DNA of 64,000 bases from Octopus sinensis (lineage: Eukaryota). A model generated the notes under the pieces. It did no database searches, was not told the origin of the DNA, and saw only the letters and a list, made by a program, of their open reading frames with translations. The stretch lies in assembly GCF_006345805.1 (NCBI RefSeq), contig NC_043006.1:79608001-79672000 (forward strand), written 5' to 3'. Below are positions 27,605-38,599 of the stretch, in pieces (position 1 is the first letter of the stretch; each line of letters opens with the position of its first letter). The position numbers were made by a program, and so were the translations under genes.

Positions 27605-28059
27605 TGATAGGGTACTGGAAAATTTCTGGCTTTAAAGGTATTACTCATACATTTACTTTTGTGTAAGGTGGAGCACATTGGCAAAATTCAAGTGAATTCT
27701 CATATCTTATGGCAGCAAAAACTTTATTGCAAAGACTGGGATTTTTGTCTTTTGATTCAGAAAATACTTTGGCATTCAGCAGTTCTACAAAAGGCTCAAG
27801 TGGGACCCCACACTGGGATACTATTTTCACATATGAGTAGTGCTATTATTGCACATGCATTTCCCCTACCCTGGCCATGAAAGGTATTACCCGGTTGGAG
27901 ACCCAACCTTCTGAGTTCTTTTACAAGGCTTATAAAAACTGAAGGACTGCTGCAATAAGTGTGTGAATCTGAGGGGAGAATACATTTAATAAAATCATAA
28001 TTAACTGACCCTCCTGTACTTTCTTTTAACAAAGCCAGGATTTTTTCAGCACCCCCTAG
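27605..28059 (+). mobile_element. Internally deleted mariner derivative
   Basis: TIRs gggtactggaaaatttctggcttt / aaagccaggattttttcagcaccccct. Retains transposase C-terminus LKDCCNKCVNLRGEYI*. Confidence 0.8.
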
Positions 28060-28280
28060 TGTGTGTGTGTGTTACACACACATAGATATATATCATTTTT
28101 AAAAAGGCAGCAAGCTGGTTAAATCGTCAGAGCATCATAAGAAATACTTTGCAGTATTTATTCAAGTTCTTTATGTTCTGAGTCGAGATTCCACCAAAAG
28201 CAACTTTGCCCAATCAAATATCAGTCAAACACTGAGGTTGATGCATCAACTAACCTTGTGCCTAGAGCAGAAACTATTTA

Positions 28281-28650
28281 ATTCTTTTATTCTATTACTT
28301 GTTTTAGTTATATTGACTGTGGTCATGCTGGAGCACTGCCTTTTAGTCAAAGAAATCAACCCCTAGACTGATTCTTTGTAAGCCTGGGACTTATATTGGG
28401 CTCTTTTACCGAACTGTTAAGTTACAGGGACGAAAACACACCAAGATCGGTTGTCAAACACAGACACTAACACACGAATATATACATATATATATACGAC
28501 AGGCTTCTTTCAGTTTCTGTCAACCAAATCCACTTACAAGGCTTTGGTCAACTCGAGGCTATAGTAGAAGACACTTGCCCAAGGTCCCATGCAGTGGAAC
28601 AGAAACTGGAACCATGTGGTTGGGAAACAAGCTTCTTACCACACGGCCAT
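28281..28650 (-). mobile_element. tRNA-derived CORE-type SINE, near full length (others ~34420-34730, ~36960-37290; many partial copies)
   Basis: Minus: tggccgtgtggtaagaagcttg (A box)..ggttccagttc (B box), ccttgggcaagtgtctt core-like motif, internal microsatellite, then a 3' part ending gcagtgctccagcatgaccacagtc. Resembles Octopus OR-type SINEs from memory. Confidence 0.75.
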
Positions 28651-29386
28651 GAAGAAACAAAAGTATACAAAAAAAAACTCATGCCTTTAATATGTAACTT
28701 TATACACTGAGGCAAAAAAAAAAGTACACCAATGTTCTCTTTTTAAATATCAACACATGTGCCCATTAAGTTAACCTACATTCATTGAATACCAGTTGCA
28801 TGGTGTCACCTCTATCAAACATACATTTCTCTTCAATGCTTATAATTCAGTTCTGAAAACCGATTCTGTTCTTCAAACAATCTAGTGAAGAAATAAATGT
28901 AAACTATTGCCTAGAGTTATCACTTATATACAACCATCACCATCATCATCATCATCATCGTTATTGCAGTGATTGAACTTGTACTGATGAAGGATGATCA
29001 AATCCTGGAGAAAAGGTCACATAAAAACTTTGATGTAAGGCTGATTGAATGCATGTCTTTTGGTTTCATTGTTTTCAATAGAATGTTGAATAAAGCACGC
29101 TTCCACCCCTACGGCCTCCAAAACAACCAAGTAATGGCATTTATATAAACTGTACAGTTTGTTGTGTGCAAGTTATGTTAAGTGAGTTAAACTATTCGTC
29201 TAATCACTTTATTTATTTATGGTGTTTAGATTAGACGTGAGATTGTTTTCCTACTTTTTTTTTTTGGACTATATTTCAGGTCACTGGATAATACTCTTGT
29301 CAAAAAGTACTTCTTGTTACAAACACCACAGTTGAAACGAACTGATTATTAGCCATCAAAAATAATAAAACAGAAAATGCAAAATA

Positions 29387-29800
29387 GGATCTTTTAGGTC
29401 TGACCGGCAGTTTTTAAAAATAATTTCCACGTAACTAAACACTTTTAAACTTTGTATACTGGTAGAATGTGTTTATAAAACATCTTTTTCTCTTGGCTTT
29501 ATTGAAAAAATTCTATAGTTTGTAAGATATTTGGGGTTTTTTTTTCTTCAATTTCTGCAATTTCAACCAATCAATGACGTCTACTGAGGTGAAAACATTC
29601 TGTGCCATATGAATATGTCCCTCGTTTAAGAAACAGATTGGGTTTATTTACATTTGTGAAGAAAAAAAAAGATACCCTTCCCCCCACCCCTAACCCTAAA
29701 ACAGATTGAAATACAATAGATCGATACTAGGATCATAATTATGGGTGACAATTTCATATGACACTGCTAGAAAAAACTGCCGTTCAAACCGAAAAGATCC
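29387..29800. mobile_element. 414-bp MITE-like element with ~29-bp TIRs
   Basis: ggatcttttaggtctgaccggcagttttt ... aaaaactgccgttcaaaccgaaaagatcc. An inverted second copy lies at 35276-35667. Confidence 0.8.
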
Positions 29801-29815
29801 ACGAAATATATATAT

Positions 29816-29847
<32 letters not shown>

Positions 29848-29998
29848 TTAGCGTCCGTTTTCCATGCTAGCATGGGTTGGACGGTTCAACTGGGGTCTGG
29901 GGAGCCCGAAGGCTGCACCAGGCCAGTCAGATCTGGCAGTGTTTCTACAGCTGGATGCCCTTCCTAACGCCAACCACTCCGAGAGTGTAGTGGGTGAT

Positions 29999-30300
29999 TT
30001 TATGTGCCACCGACACAGGTGCCAGACGAGGCTGGCGAACGGCCACGCTCGGATGGTGTTTTTATGTGCCACCGACACAGGTGCCAGACGAGGCTGGCAG
30101 ACGGCCACGCTCGGATGGTGTTTTTATGTGCCACCGACACAGGTGCCAGATGAGGCTGGCAGGTGCCAGACGAGGCTGGCAGACGGCCACGCTCGGATGG
30201 TGTTTTTATGTGCCACCGACACAGGTGCCAGATGAGGCTGGCGGACGGCCACGATCGGATGGTGTTTGTTACGTCCCCAAAGCACGGAGGCCAGTCTATG
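29999..30300. repeat. ~62-bp minisatellite within an RTE 3' UTR/tail copy (29847-30345)
   Basis: tttatgtgccaccgacacaggtgccagacgaggctggc..acggccacgctcggatggtgtt repeated ~4.5 times. Confidence 0.88.
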
Positions 30301-30978
30301 CGGTACTGGCTACGGCCACGTTCGGATGATTTTCTTGTGTGCCACGGCACTGGTACCACAAAGATACAAATTCCATTATATATATATATTCGTGGATATA
30401 TATATATATATCCAAAACTAGACTGAAGTACTGCCAAAACTAGACTGAAGTACTGTACTTTTAGAGAGAAAAAAAAAACTAGTCTAAGTTTAATAACAGT
30501 TGTTCTTTTAAAAAAAAATTCAATTAGCTTCACACAAAACTTAAACCCAATCTCAAACCACACCTCCACCTCCGCCACAATACTGTCGGAATAAAGGACA
30601 AACATAAAGCAAGAGAATTAACGTCTACAGAAACACCCGGCTACAGAGAATTAAACTTAACACGAGACGAAAGAGTAGGTTAACATGTGTTCAACTAATT
30701 TGTGTCGAGGGAGTTCCCGCGCTATCTAAAATTGAAGGTGGAGGAGTAAGTGAAAGAATGTGAGAGAGGACAGATAAATTTCATATAGTGCAGTCCTATA
30801 TTTTTACTTTCTTTGTCAACCATTACGTCTGCAGTTTTATTATACAAGTCAAAGGTTTTTGCTGCGAGTGCGTGTGTACACAAGCACGAGAAATTAAAAG
30901 GGCCATAAAGATAAGCTATTATAAATCGTTTATTTTATTACATAAAAAGGTTATTACGTTATGAAAAATAAAAATTAA

Positions 30979-31246
30979 TTACATATATACATACACACAC
31001 ACACATATATATATATATGTACATACACACACATATACATATGCATACACACATATACATACATATATACATACACACATACATATAAATATATATCCAT
31101 AGCTATATATACATATACACACACACATATATATATATATATATATCCATAGCTATATATACATATACACACACACACACATATATATCCATAGCTATAT
31201 ATACATATACACACACACACATATATATCCATAGCTATATATACAT

Positions 31247-31281
<35 letters not shown>

Positions 31282-31300
31282 ATATATATATATATACATA
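30979..31300. repeat. Compound (TA/CA) microsatellite with a higher-order atatatccatagctatatatacata unit
   Basis: ccatagctatatatac recurs four times between ~31097 and ~31245. Confidence 0.9.
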
Positions 31301-31320
31301 CACTTTTATATCCTTCTGTG

Positions 31321-34300
31321 GGCTACCTCAAAGACGAGTGACAAAGATCTCATCTTTATGGCTGGAGATTTTAATGGGCATGTAAGACAACAATCTGGTA
31401 TCTTCAATGGTGCATATAGGGGTCATGGAGTTGGTACCAGAAATGAAGCGGGAACTAGGCTCCTGGATTTCTGTGATGCAAATAACCTATTGATCTGCAA
31501 CACCAACTTCAGGAACCAGCTAACCTATCAATCAGGTGACTCAGTTAACCAGATCGATTTCATTCTCACTAGACAGCAGGATGCATGGGTGCTCTTAAAT
31601 ACAAAGACCCTTCCTAGTGAAGAATGTTCCCCACCCAACATAGACTAGTTATTAGTGACTTTTAGACTCTAGGTCTGAAGGATATCAAAAACCAGGCCAA
31701 TCTGGAGAAGGACTTGGAAGATTAGGAACCCTTCACATGGTCAGAGATTTGGGGATATTCTTACCGAGAAATGTGATAAGGAGGAGGAGTTACAGTCCTG
31801 TGATATAGAAGGCAGCTGGGAATTCCTGCAAGACAGCTTGCTGAGTGCCACAGGCCAAATCTGTTGCTGGTGCAAAGTCCCTTCCAGACCTAGGGTAACA
31901 TGGTGGTGGAACAATACTGTAGACAGGGCCATTAGAGCAAAGAAACAGGCTTGGAATGCCTGGAAGAGTGGAGGTAGCAGGAGAATGTGTCAGATAACCA
32001 AAAGGAAAGCTAAGAAACACGTTTATATAGCTAAGGGAGTGGCAGAAAAGAAGTTTGCCAATGTTCAGTAATGTGAGGAACAAAATTGTATTTTGGATTG
32101 CAAGAAAGTGTGTGAGAAAATGTGTCCACATAGATGGTGCCCTTGCGTTTAATGATTCTGCAAAGAAAAAGGCTTGGAGAAGCCATTATGAAAGACTGTT
32201 GAATATGGAGAATGAATGGGAGGAGGAGAGTCTTCCAATGGTTGACCCAATTGAGGGACCAGCTATCCGAATCGACAATACAGAGGCAGATAAAGCAATT
32301 AAGGATATGAAGACAAGGAAAGCACCTGGCCAATCATGATTCACTGCTGGGATACTTAAAATATCGGGCAGTGTGAGTTATCGCCTGGTCATCCACATTG
32401 TAAATCAGGTAGTTCATGAAAGAGTCATACCCACTGACTGGTGTAGCAGCATCATAATCAACTGCTACAAAGGGGAAAGGTGATGCTTTAGATAGAAATA
32501 ACTACAGGGGTATTAAATTATTGGATCAGGTGATGAAAGTTACAGAGAGGATCATAGCCCAACTAATTAGGGAGAGAGTTAGCCTAGATGAGATGTAGTT
32601 TGGTTCTGTACCAGACAGAAACACCACTGATGCTATATTTCTGCTAAGGAGAAATACCAAGCCAAAGATAAACCTCTGTACTTGGCTTTTGTTGACTTGG
32701 AGAAAGCCTTTGATAGGATCCTCCGATCCCTTATCTGATGGTCAATGCGGAAACAGGGGATAAACGAGTGGCTAGTAAGAGCTGTAAGAGCCCTGTACAA
32801 GGATGCTGCCAGTAAAGTGAGGGTTGGCAACAAGTATAGTGAAAAATTCCAAGTAGAAGTAGGGATTCACCAAGGATCAGTCTTCAGCCCCTCTTATTAA
32901 TTATAGTCCCCCAGGCAATAACAGAGGAATTCAAGACAGGATGCCTCTGGGAGCTCCTCTATGCTGATGACCTTGCTCTAATAACCGAGTCACTGCCAGA
33001 ACTGGAGACAAAGTTTAGGGTGTAGAAGCAAGGCCTAGAATCAAAGGGCCTTAGGGTTAACCTAGCAAAAACCAAAGTCTTAGTAAGTAGGAAGACTGTC
33101 AAATCACAACCCCCTTCAGGTAGATGGCCCTACTCAATCTGTAGAAAAGGCATGGGTAGAAATTCCATATGATGCACCCGGTGTAAGCTATAGACACATA
33201 AAAGGTGCAGTAATATCAAAGGTAGGTTAACTGGGAAAATAGCTTTTGTGTGTGCGACAGATGCCCTGGGGCAATAAACACTGAAGATGTACAGAAAACA
33301 GATTCAACCACATGCTAGGGGGAGAAACTAGTAGTTAATAGCTTCTGCTACCTAGGCAAACAAGTCTGTAGTGAAGGTGGTTGCTCTGAGAGTGTAGCGA
33401 CTAGAGTAAGAAAGAATAGCCTGGGCAAAGTTCAGGAGCCCCTACCTCTGCTGGCAACTAAGGGCCTCTCGCTCCAGGTGAAAGGTAGACTGTATAATGC
33501 ATGTGTGCAAACTGCCATGCTACATGGTAGTGAAACATGAACCATGATTGCTGAGGACATGCGTAGGCTTGAAAGAAATGAAGCTAGCATGATCTGTGCA
33601 TACACAACAGAGTGTAAGCGCCGTGAGAGAAAAGCTGGGCATAAGAAGTATCAAATGTGGGGTGCAAGAGAGGCAACTGCACTGGTATGGCCATGTTTTA
33701 TGTATGAATGAAAACAGCTGTGTGAGGAAGTGCCACTCCCTAACTGCAGAAGGAACCTGTGGAAAAAGTAGACCCAGAAAGACATGGGATGAGGTGGTAC
33801 AGCATGACCTTCAAACATTGGGCCTCACAGAGGCAACGATAGGATACTGAGACCTTTGGAGATACGCTCTGATTGAGAAGACCCGGCAACTAAAGTGAGA
33901 TTGCAGTCACGCATGTCCGGCCCTGTTAAGAATACCCCTGGTGCGTCAGGCAATACCATATGCTTCAGAAGACCTGTTGAGTCAAGTAACACAAATATCA
34001 TAGCTGGGGCCAGTGCCCCCGACTGGCTCCCAGTCCAGTAGCCTGTAAACAGCACCATCTGAACGTGGTCAATGCCAGGTCCACCTAACTGGCATGTAAA
34101 AAGCACTAACTGATCGTGGCCGATGCCAGTACTCCCTGACTGGCTCTTGTGCCGGTGGTATGTAAAAAGCACCATCCGAACATGATCAATGCTAGGCCCA
34201 CTTGACTGGCTCCTGTGTCAGCAGTACGTAAAAAGCACCCACTACACTCTTGGAGTGATTGGCATTAGAAAGGACATCCAGCTGTAGAAACATTGCCAGA

Positions 34301-34395
34301 TAAGATTGGAGCCTGGTGCAGCTACTGGCTCTCCAGACTTCAACCAAACCATCCAACCCATGCCAGCATGGAAAATGGACATTACACGTTGATGA
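31321..34395 (+). mobile_element. 5'-truncated, degenerate RTE LINE with complete 3' UTR and tail
   Basis: AGDFNGHV..RLLDFCDANNLLICNT (APE), QIDFIL, WWNNTV, LAFVDLEKAFD, ELLYADDLAL, WYGHVL, RPRKTWDEVV motifs with many stops. 3' UTR has repeated ggcatgtaaaaagcac and ends in the gat-type tail. Confidence 0.93.
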
Positions 34396-34734
34396 CGATA
34401 TATTCTTTCTTTTATTCTTTTAATTACTTCAGTCATCTGACTGCAGCTATGCTTGAGCACTGCCTTTAGCCAAACAAATCGACCTCAGAACTTATACTTT
34501 GTAAGCCTAGTACTTATCCTATCGGTCTCTTTTGCCAAAATGCTAGGTTAAAGGGATGTAAACACACCACCATCAGTTGTCAAGTGATGTTGGGGGGTGG
34601 GACTAACACAGACACACAAACACACACACACATATATACAACGGGCTTCTTTCAGTTTCCGCTTACCAAATTTACTCACAAGGCTTTGGTTTGCCCAAGG
34701 CTATAGTAGAAGATACCTGCACAAGGTATCATAA

Positions 34735-35275
34735 CTGCAATTTCCATTTGATTTTTATTTTGATGTTGGTGTTGATGTACTTGACTCAATAGGTCTCCTC
34801 AAGCACAACAGGTCACTCTACGATCCAAGGTTAGCACAGCAGGTCGTCCTGTGAGCCATGAACTCACTTCATTTGTTGGGTCTTCGCAGTCACAGCATAT
34901 CTCAGAGGTCTCGGTCTTTCGTCATTTCCACTGTGAGGCCCAACGTGCCACCGGCACGGGTATCACAACTACAATATCCATTTGATTTTTATTTTGAAAT
35001 TGATGTACTTGACTCAATAGGTCTCTTCAAGCACAACATGTTGCCCTATGATTTAAGGTTAGGGCAACAGGCTGTCCTGCGAGTCATGAACTCACTTCAT
35101 TTGTCGGGTCTTCACAGTCACAGCATATCTCCAGAGATCTCGGTCTTTCGTCATAGCCTCTGTGAGGCCCAAAGTACAAAGGTCATGCTTGACCACCTCA
35201 TCCCATGTCTCCCTGGGTCTACCTCTACCCCGGATTCCTTCAACTATTTGGGAGTGGCACTTCTTCACACATCTC
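34735..35275 (-). mobile_element. RTE 3' end fragment containing an ~240-bp tandem duplication
   Basis: ccatttgatttttatttt..gatgtacttgactcaataggtctc..gtgaggccca occurs twice (~34740 and ~34975). Minus strand reads GLTEAMTKDRDLW..YAV. Confidence 0.75.
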
Positions 35276-35667
35276 GGATCTTTTCAGTTTGAATGGCAGT
35301 TTTTCTAGCGGTGTCATATGAAATTGTCACCCATAATTATGACGTTAGTATCGATCTATTGCATTTCAATCTGTTTTAGGGTTGGGGGTGGTGGGAAGGG
35401 TATCTTTTTTTCTTCACAAATGTAACTAAACCCAATCTGTTTCTTAAACGAGGGACATATTCATACGGCACAGAATGCTTTTTACCTCAATAGACATCAG
35501 TGATTGGTTGAAATTGCAGAAATTGAAGGAAAAAAAACCCAAATATCTTACAAACTATAGAATTTTCTCAATAAAGCCAAGAGAAAAAGATGTTTTATAA
35601 ACACATTCTACCAGTTTAAAATTTTTTTTAGTTACCTAGAAATTATGTTAAAAACTGCCGTTCAAAC
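35276..35667. mobile_element. Second, inverted copy of the 414-bp MITE, right TIR cut short
   Basis: ggatcttttcagtttgaatggcagtttttctagc... is the reverse complement of 29387-29800. Ends at ttcaaac where an RTE fragment begins. Confidence 0.8.
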
Positions 35668-36090
35668 TCTTCTCTATGGCTCAGAGACCTGGATCACTTA
35701 CCGCAGTCACATCTGTCTCCTCAAGCACTTCCACCAGCGATGTATCCACACCATCCTCAACGTTCACTAGAGTGACTTCGTCACAAACATTGGAAGTCTT
35801 GGAGTGGGCCAAGATCCCCAGCATTGAAGCCACACCACTGAAGTACCCCCTTCGATGGGCGGACCGTGATGTCTGGCGCCACACGATCTTCATCACAGTC
35901 AGCAAGTTTGAGGAACAAAGAGACGCAGGAGGAAGGCGTGAGCCACCTCTGACACCACACTGGATGTTACCTTCGTCTGTGGACACTGCTCACGAACCTG
36001 CCTTTCCCATATTGGAATTGTCAGTCATGAGCGTGCATGCACGCGACGTGGACAGCCTTCCTGATCTTCATTTGCGAAGCCGAGCCATGA
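35668..36090 (+). mobile_element. GC-rich BovB-clade-like RTE 3' fragment with internal deletion
   Basis: LLYGSETWITYRSHICLLKHFHQRCIHTILN..EVLEWAKIPSIEA..LRWA, a jump to DRDVWR, and C-terminal CGHCSRTCLSHIGIVSHERAC zinc-finger-like motif. Ends tgatcttcatttgcgaagccgagccatga. Confidence 0.8.
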
Positions 36091-37430
36091 TATATATATA
36101 TATATACACACACATGGAGGAGTCAGAAAGTAATACAATTTTAATTGCAATACTTTCTAGCTCACCCTTCTGCGTGTGTGTGTACACACTCATACAAACA
36201 ATAGGGAACAAAACTATATAATCTCTAGTTTTGGAAATCTCTAGCATGGAAATATAAAACGAAGTTTCGCAATGCAAGAAACAGATTCAACAAACATTTT
36301 CTCTATCTTGATGTTTCCACAAGACTGGTTGTGAACCAGTGGTAGGACACACACACACACACACACATCGAGAGTGAGAGAAAGGGGCTTCTTTCAGTTT
36401 CCACCTACTAACTCCAATTACAAGGCATTGGTTGGCCCAAGGCTACAGTAAAAACATTTGCACAAACTGCCATGCAGTAGGGCTGAACCCAGAGCCATGT
36501 GGTTGAGAAGCAAACATTTTACCACACAGCCACATAAATGTGTGATTGTGTGTGAGCGCACATACACATTTATATATGTATGCATGTGTATGTATAGGAA
36601 GAACTTGCCAAAAACTATCCAAATATACTCTCATCTGACCCATAAACATGCAAAAGTAGACTTTCATGACACACACACACACATACATATAAATACTTCT
36701 TTATGTTCTCCTCTTGCCTGCTGGTTTATTGACATGTAAAACGAGCAGCTGGAATAATCTAGCAATTTGCTATAAGGACTTGCCAAGCCTATTTTTGCCG
36801 TGCTAGTCATGCACTTATCTAGAGGCAGATGATGAGATTGAACTCAGATGGAACAAAGTTGAAATAGATGCAGAGCAAAGCATCTTGTACGACACATCAG
36901 CATTCTGACAATTCAAAATGCCCTGGATTTACCTTGTTATCTTTTACTTGTTCCCATCATTGGGGGCTGTGGCCATCCTAGAGCACCATCTTGAAGGGTT
37001 TAAGTGAAACAAATTGACCCGTCTATTTTTGCCAAACTGCTAAATTACAGGGACATAAACATCAGTTGTCAACTGGTGGTGGGGGACAAACACACACACA
37101 AAGACACGCATAGGTATATACATATATATATATATGCACAAGACGCTTCTTTCCGTTTCAAATCCACTCTCAAGGCTTTGGTCAGCCCAAGGCTATAGTA
37201 AATGCCACTTGCCCAAGGCGCCATGCAGTGAAACTGAACCTGGAACCATGTGGTTGGGAAGCAAGCTTCTTACGACACAGCCACACCTGCACCTTTTGAT
37301 GACATATTTTCTTTATTGATCATGAGAAGATAACAGGTTAAGTTGATGAAGGTGTTTGAACTTGTCTCTTTCCCTTTTTCTCCACACACATACATTATAT
37401 ACAACCACAACTATATATAGTTTTAATGTT

Positions 37431-37670
37431 TTATTATCCAACACACTCACCAGTTCAATTTCCACGCATTTATTATTTATATCTTTTTCTTCTAAAATTT
37501 TAATTGCTTTTGCAACCTTGTCAATGGATGTTGGCTGTCCATTACTACTGGAGTCCCAATAATAGACAGAGTCAACTTCCATTGACAAGGTTGCAAAATT
37601 AATGAAAATTTTGGAAGAAAAAGTATAAATAATGAATGGAAATTGAACCGGTGAGTGTGTTAGATAATAA
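37431..37670. repeat. 240-bp near-complete palindrome (foldback/MITE-like)
   Basis: ttattatccaacacactcacc...gcaaccttgtcaatgga pairs with tccattgacaaggttgc...ggtgagtgtgttagataataa. The centre also pairs imperfectly. Confidence 0.85.
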
Positions 37671-38127
37671 GGAATTAAGACAATGACTTTCCCCAGACAA
37701 CATAATTTGCTTCAACACACAAGTTCACAAAGAATCTTGCAAACCAGATACCAAAACAAAGTACACCAGTTTAACATAACTTGTCCTTTTAATCGAAAGT
37801 CACCTGCTGTTATTCTCGTTGTTTGTAGTTGTAATCGTGTAACATTTTCTGTTTTCTCGCTTTTTTTTTTTGTCCGTGTTGTCACACTTATTTGCCCACT
37901 TCCTTCCAAAAATTTAATGTCCTTAGCTTAGATTTTTGGGGCCTACCAATTTTGAAGTCTCAAGTGTAACAGGCCGAAACTGTAGTGATAATTGGAAACT
38001 TGACTGATGAATAGAAAGCCACGTCTGTTCTGTCCGTCCTTATAGCATCCATCTGCCCATATGTTTTCGTTGTCATCCATTACGTTGTTCCATTTTGGGG
38101 ATTTATATATATATATACATACACACA

Positions 38128-38560
38128 CAGGGTGCGATGGGTAAATTGTCACCATTTTATATTTTTAATTTCTCACATGTGCATTGTCTGTTTTTGATTT
38201 TATCAACTAGAGTACAGTAGGGTCAGTTGGGTACCAACTGTGAGAAAAACAGCACCATGAAATGGCATGTTGGAAAAGGCATGTTGTAGTGCTTGGAATT
38301 CACACCAGAAGCTCCAATATGAACATTTCAGAGTGTTTGGATGTCAATCTGAGGACATGTACCAAGAGTGATAAAAATCAAACATCCAGTGAACATCATG
38401 GTGTTTGGAGTGATCACTAATGATGGCGACATTATGCCTCCATTCATCTTCCCACACAGCCTCACACTCAACATGGAGGCCTACATCAAATACCTGGAGG
38501 AGGTAGTGATGCCCTGGGTCAAGAAGGTGGCTGCTGGAAGACCCTATGTCATGCACACTA
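38128..38560 (+). mobile_element. Internally deleted Tc1/mariner-superfamily element (possibly maT/DD37D-like)
   Basis: Starts cagggtgcgatgggtaaattgtcacc. Encodes KHPVNIMVFGVITNDGDIMPPFIFP..YIKYLEEVVMPWVKKVAAGRPYV. Subfamily uncertain. Confidence 0.7.
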
Positions 38561-38599
38561 AAGTTATATATCCAGTGAAGGAAAACTGCTTTAATTTCT

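Noticed and set aside
28984-29044. C/D-box-like ctgatga...ctga
   Set aside because: Antisense to the host gene, no terminal stem, and no recognisable guide.
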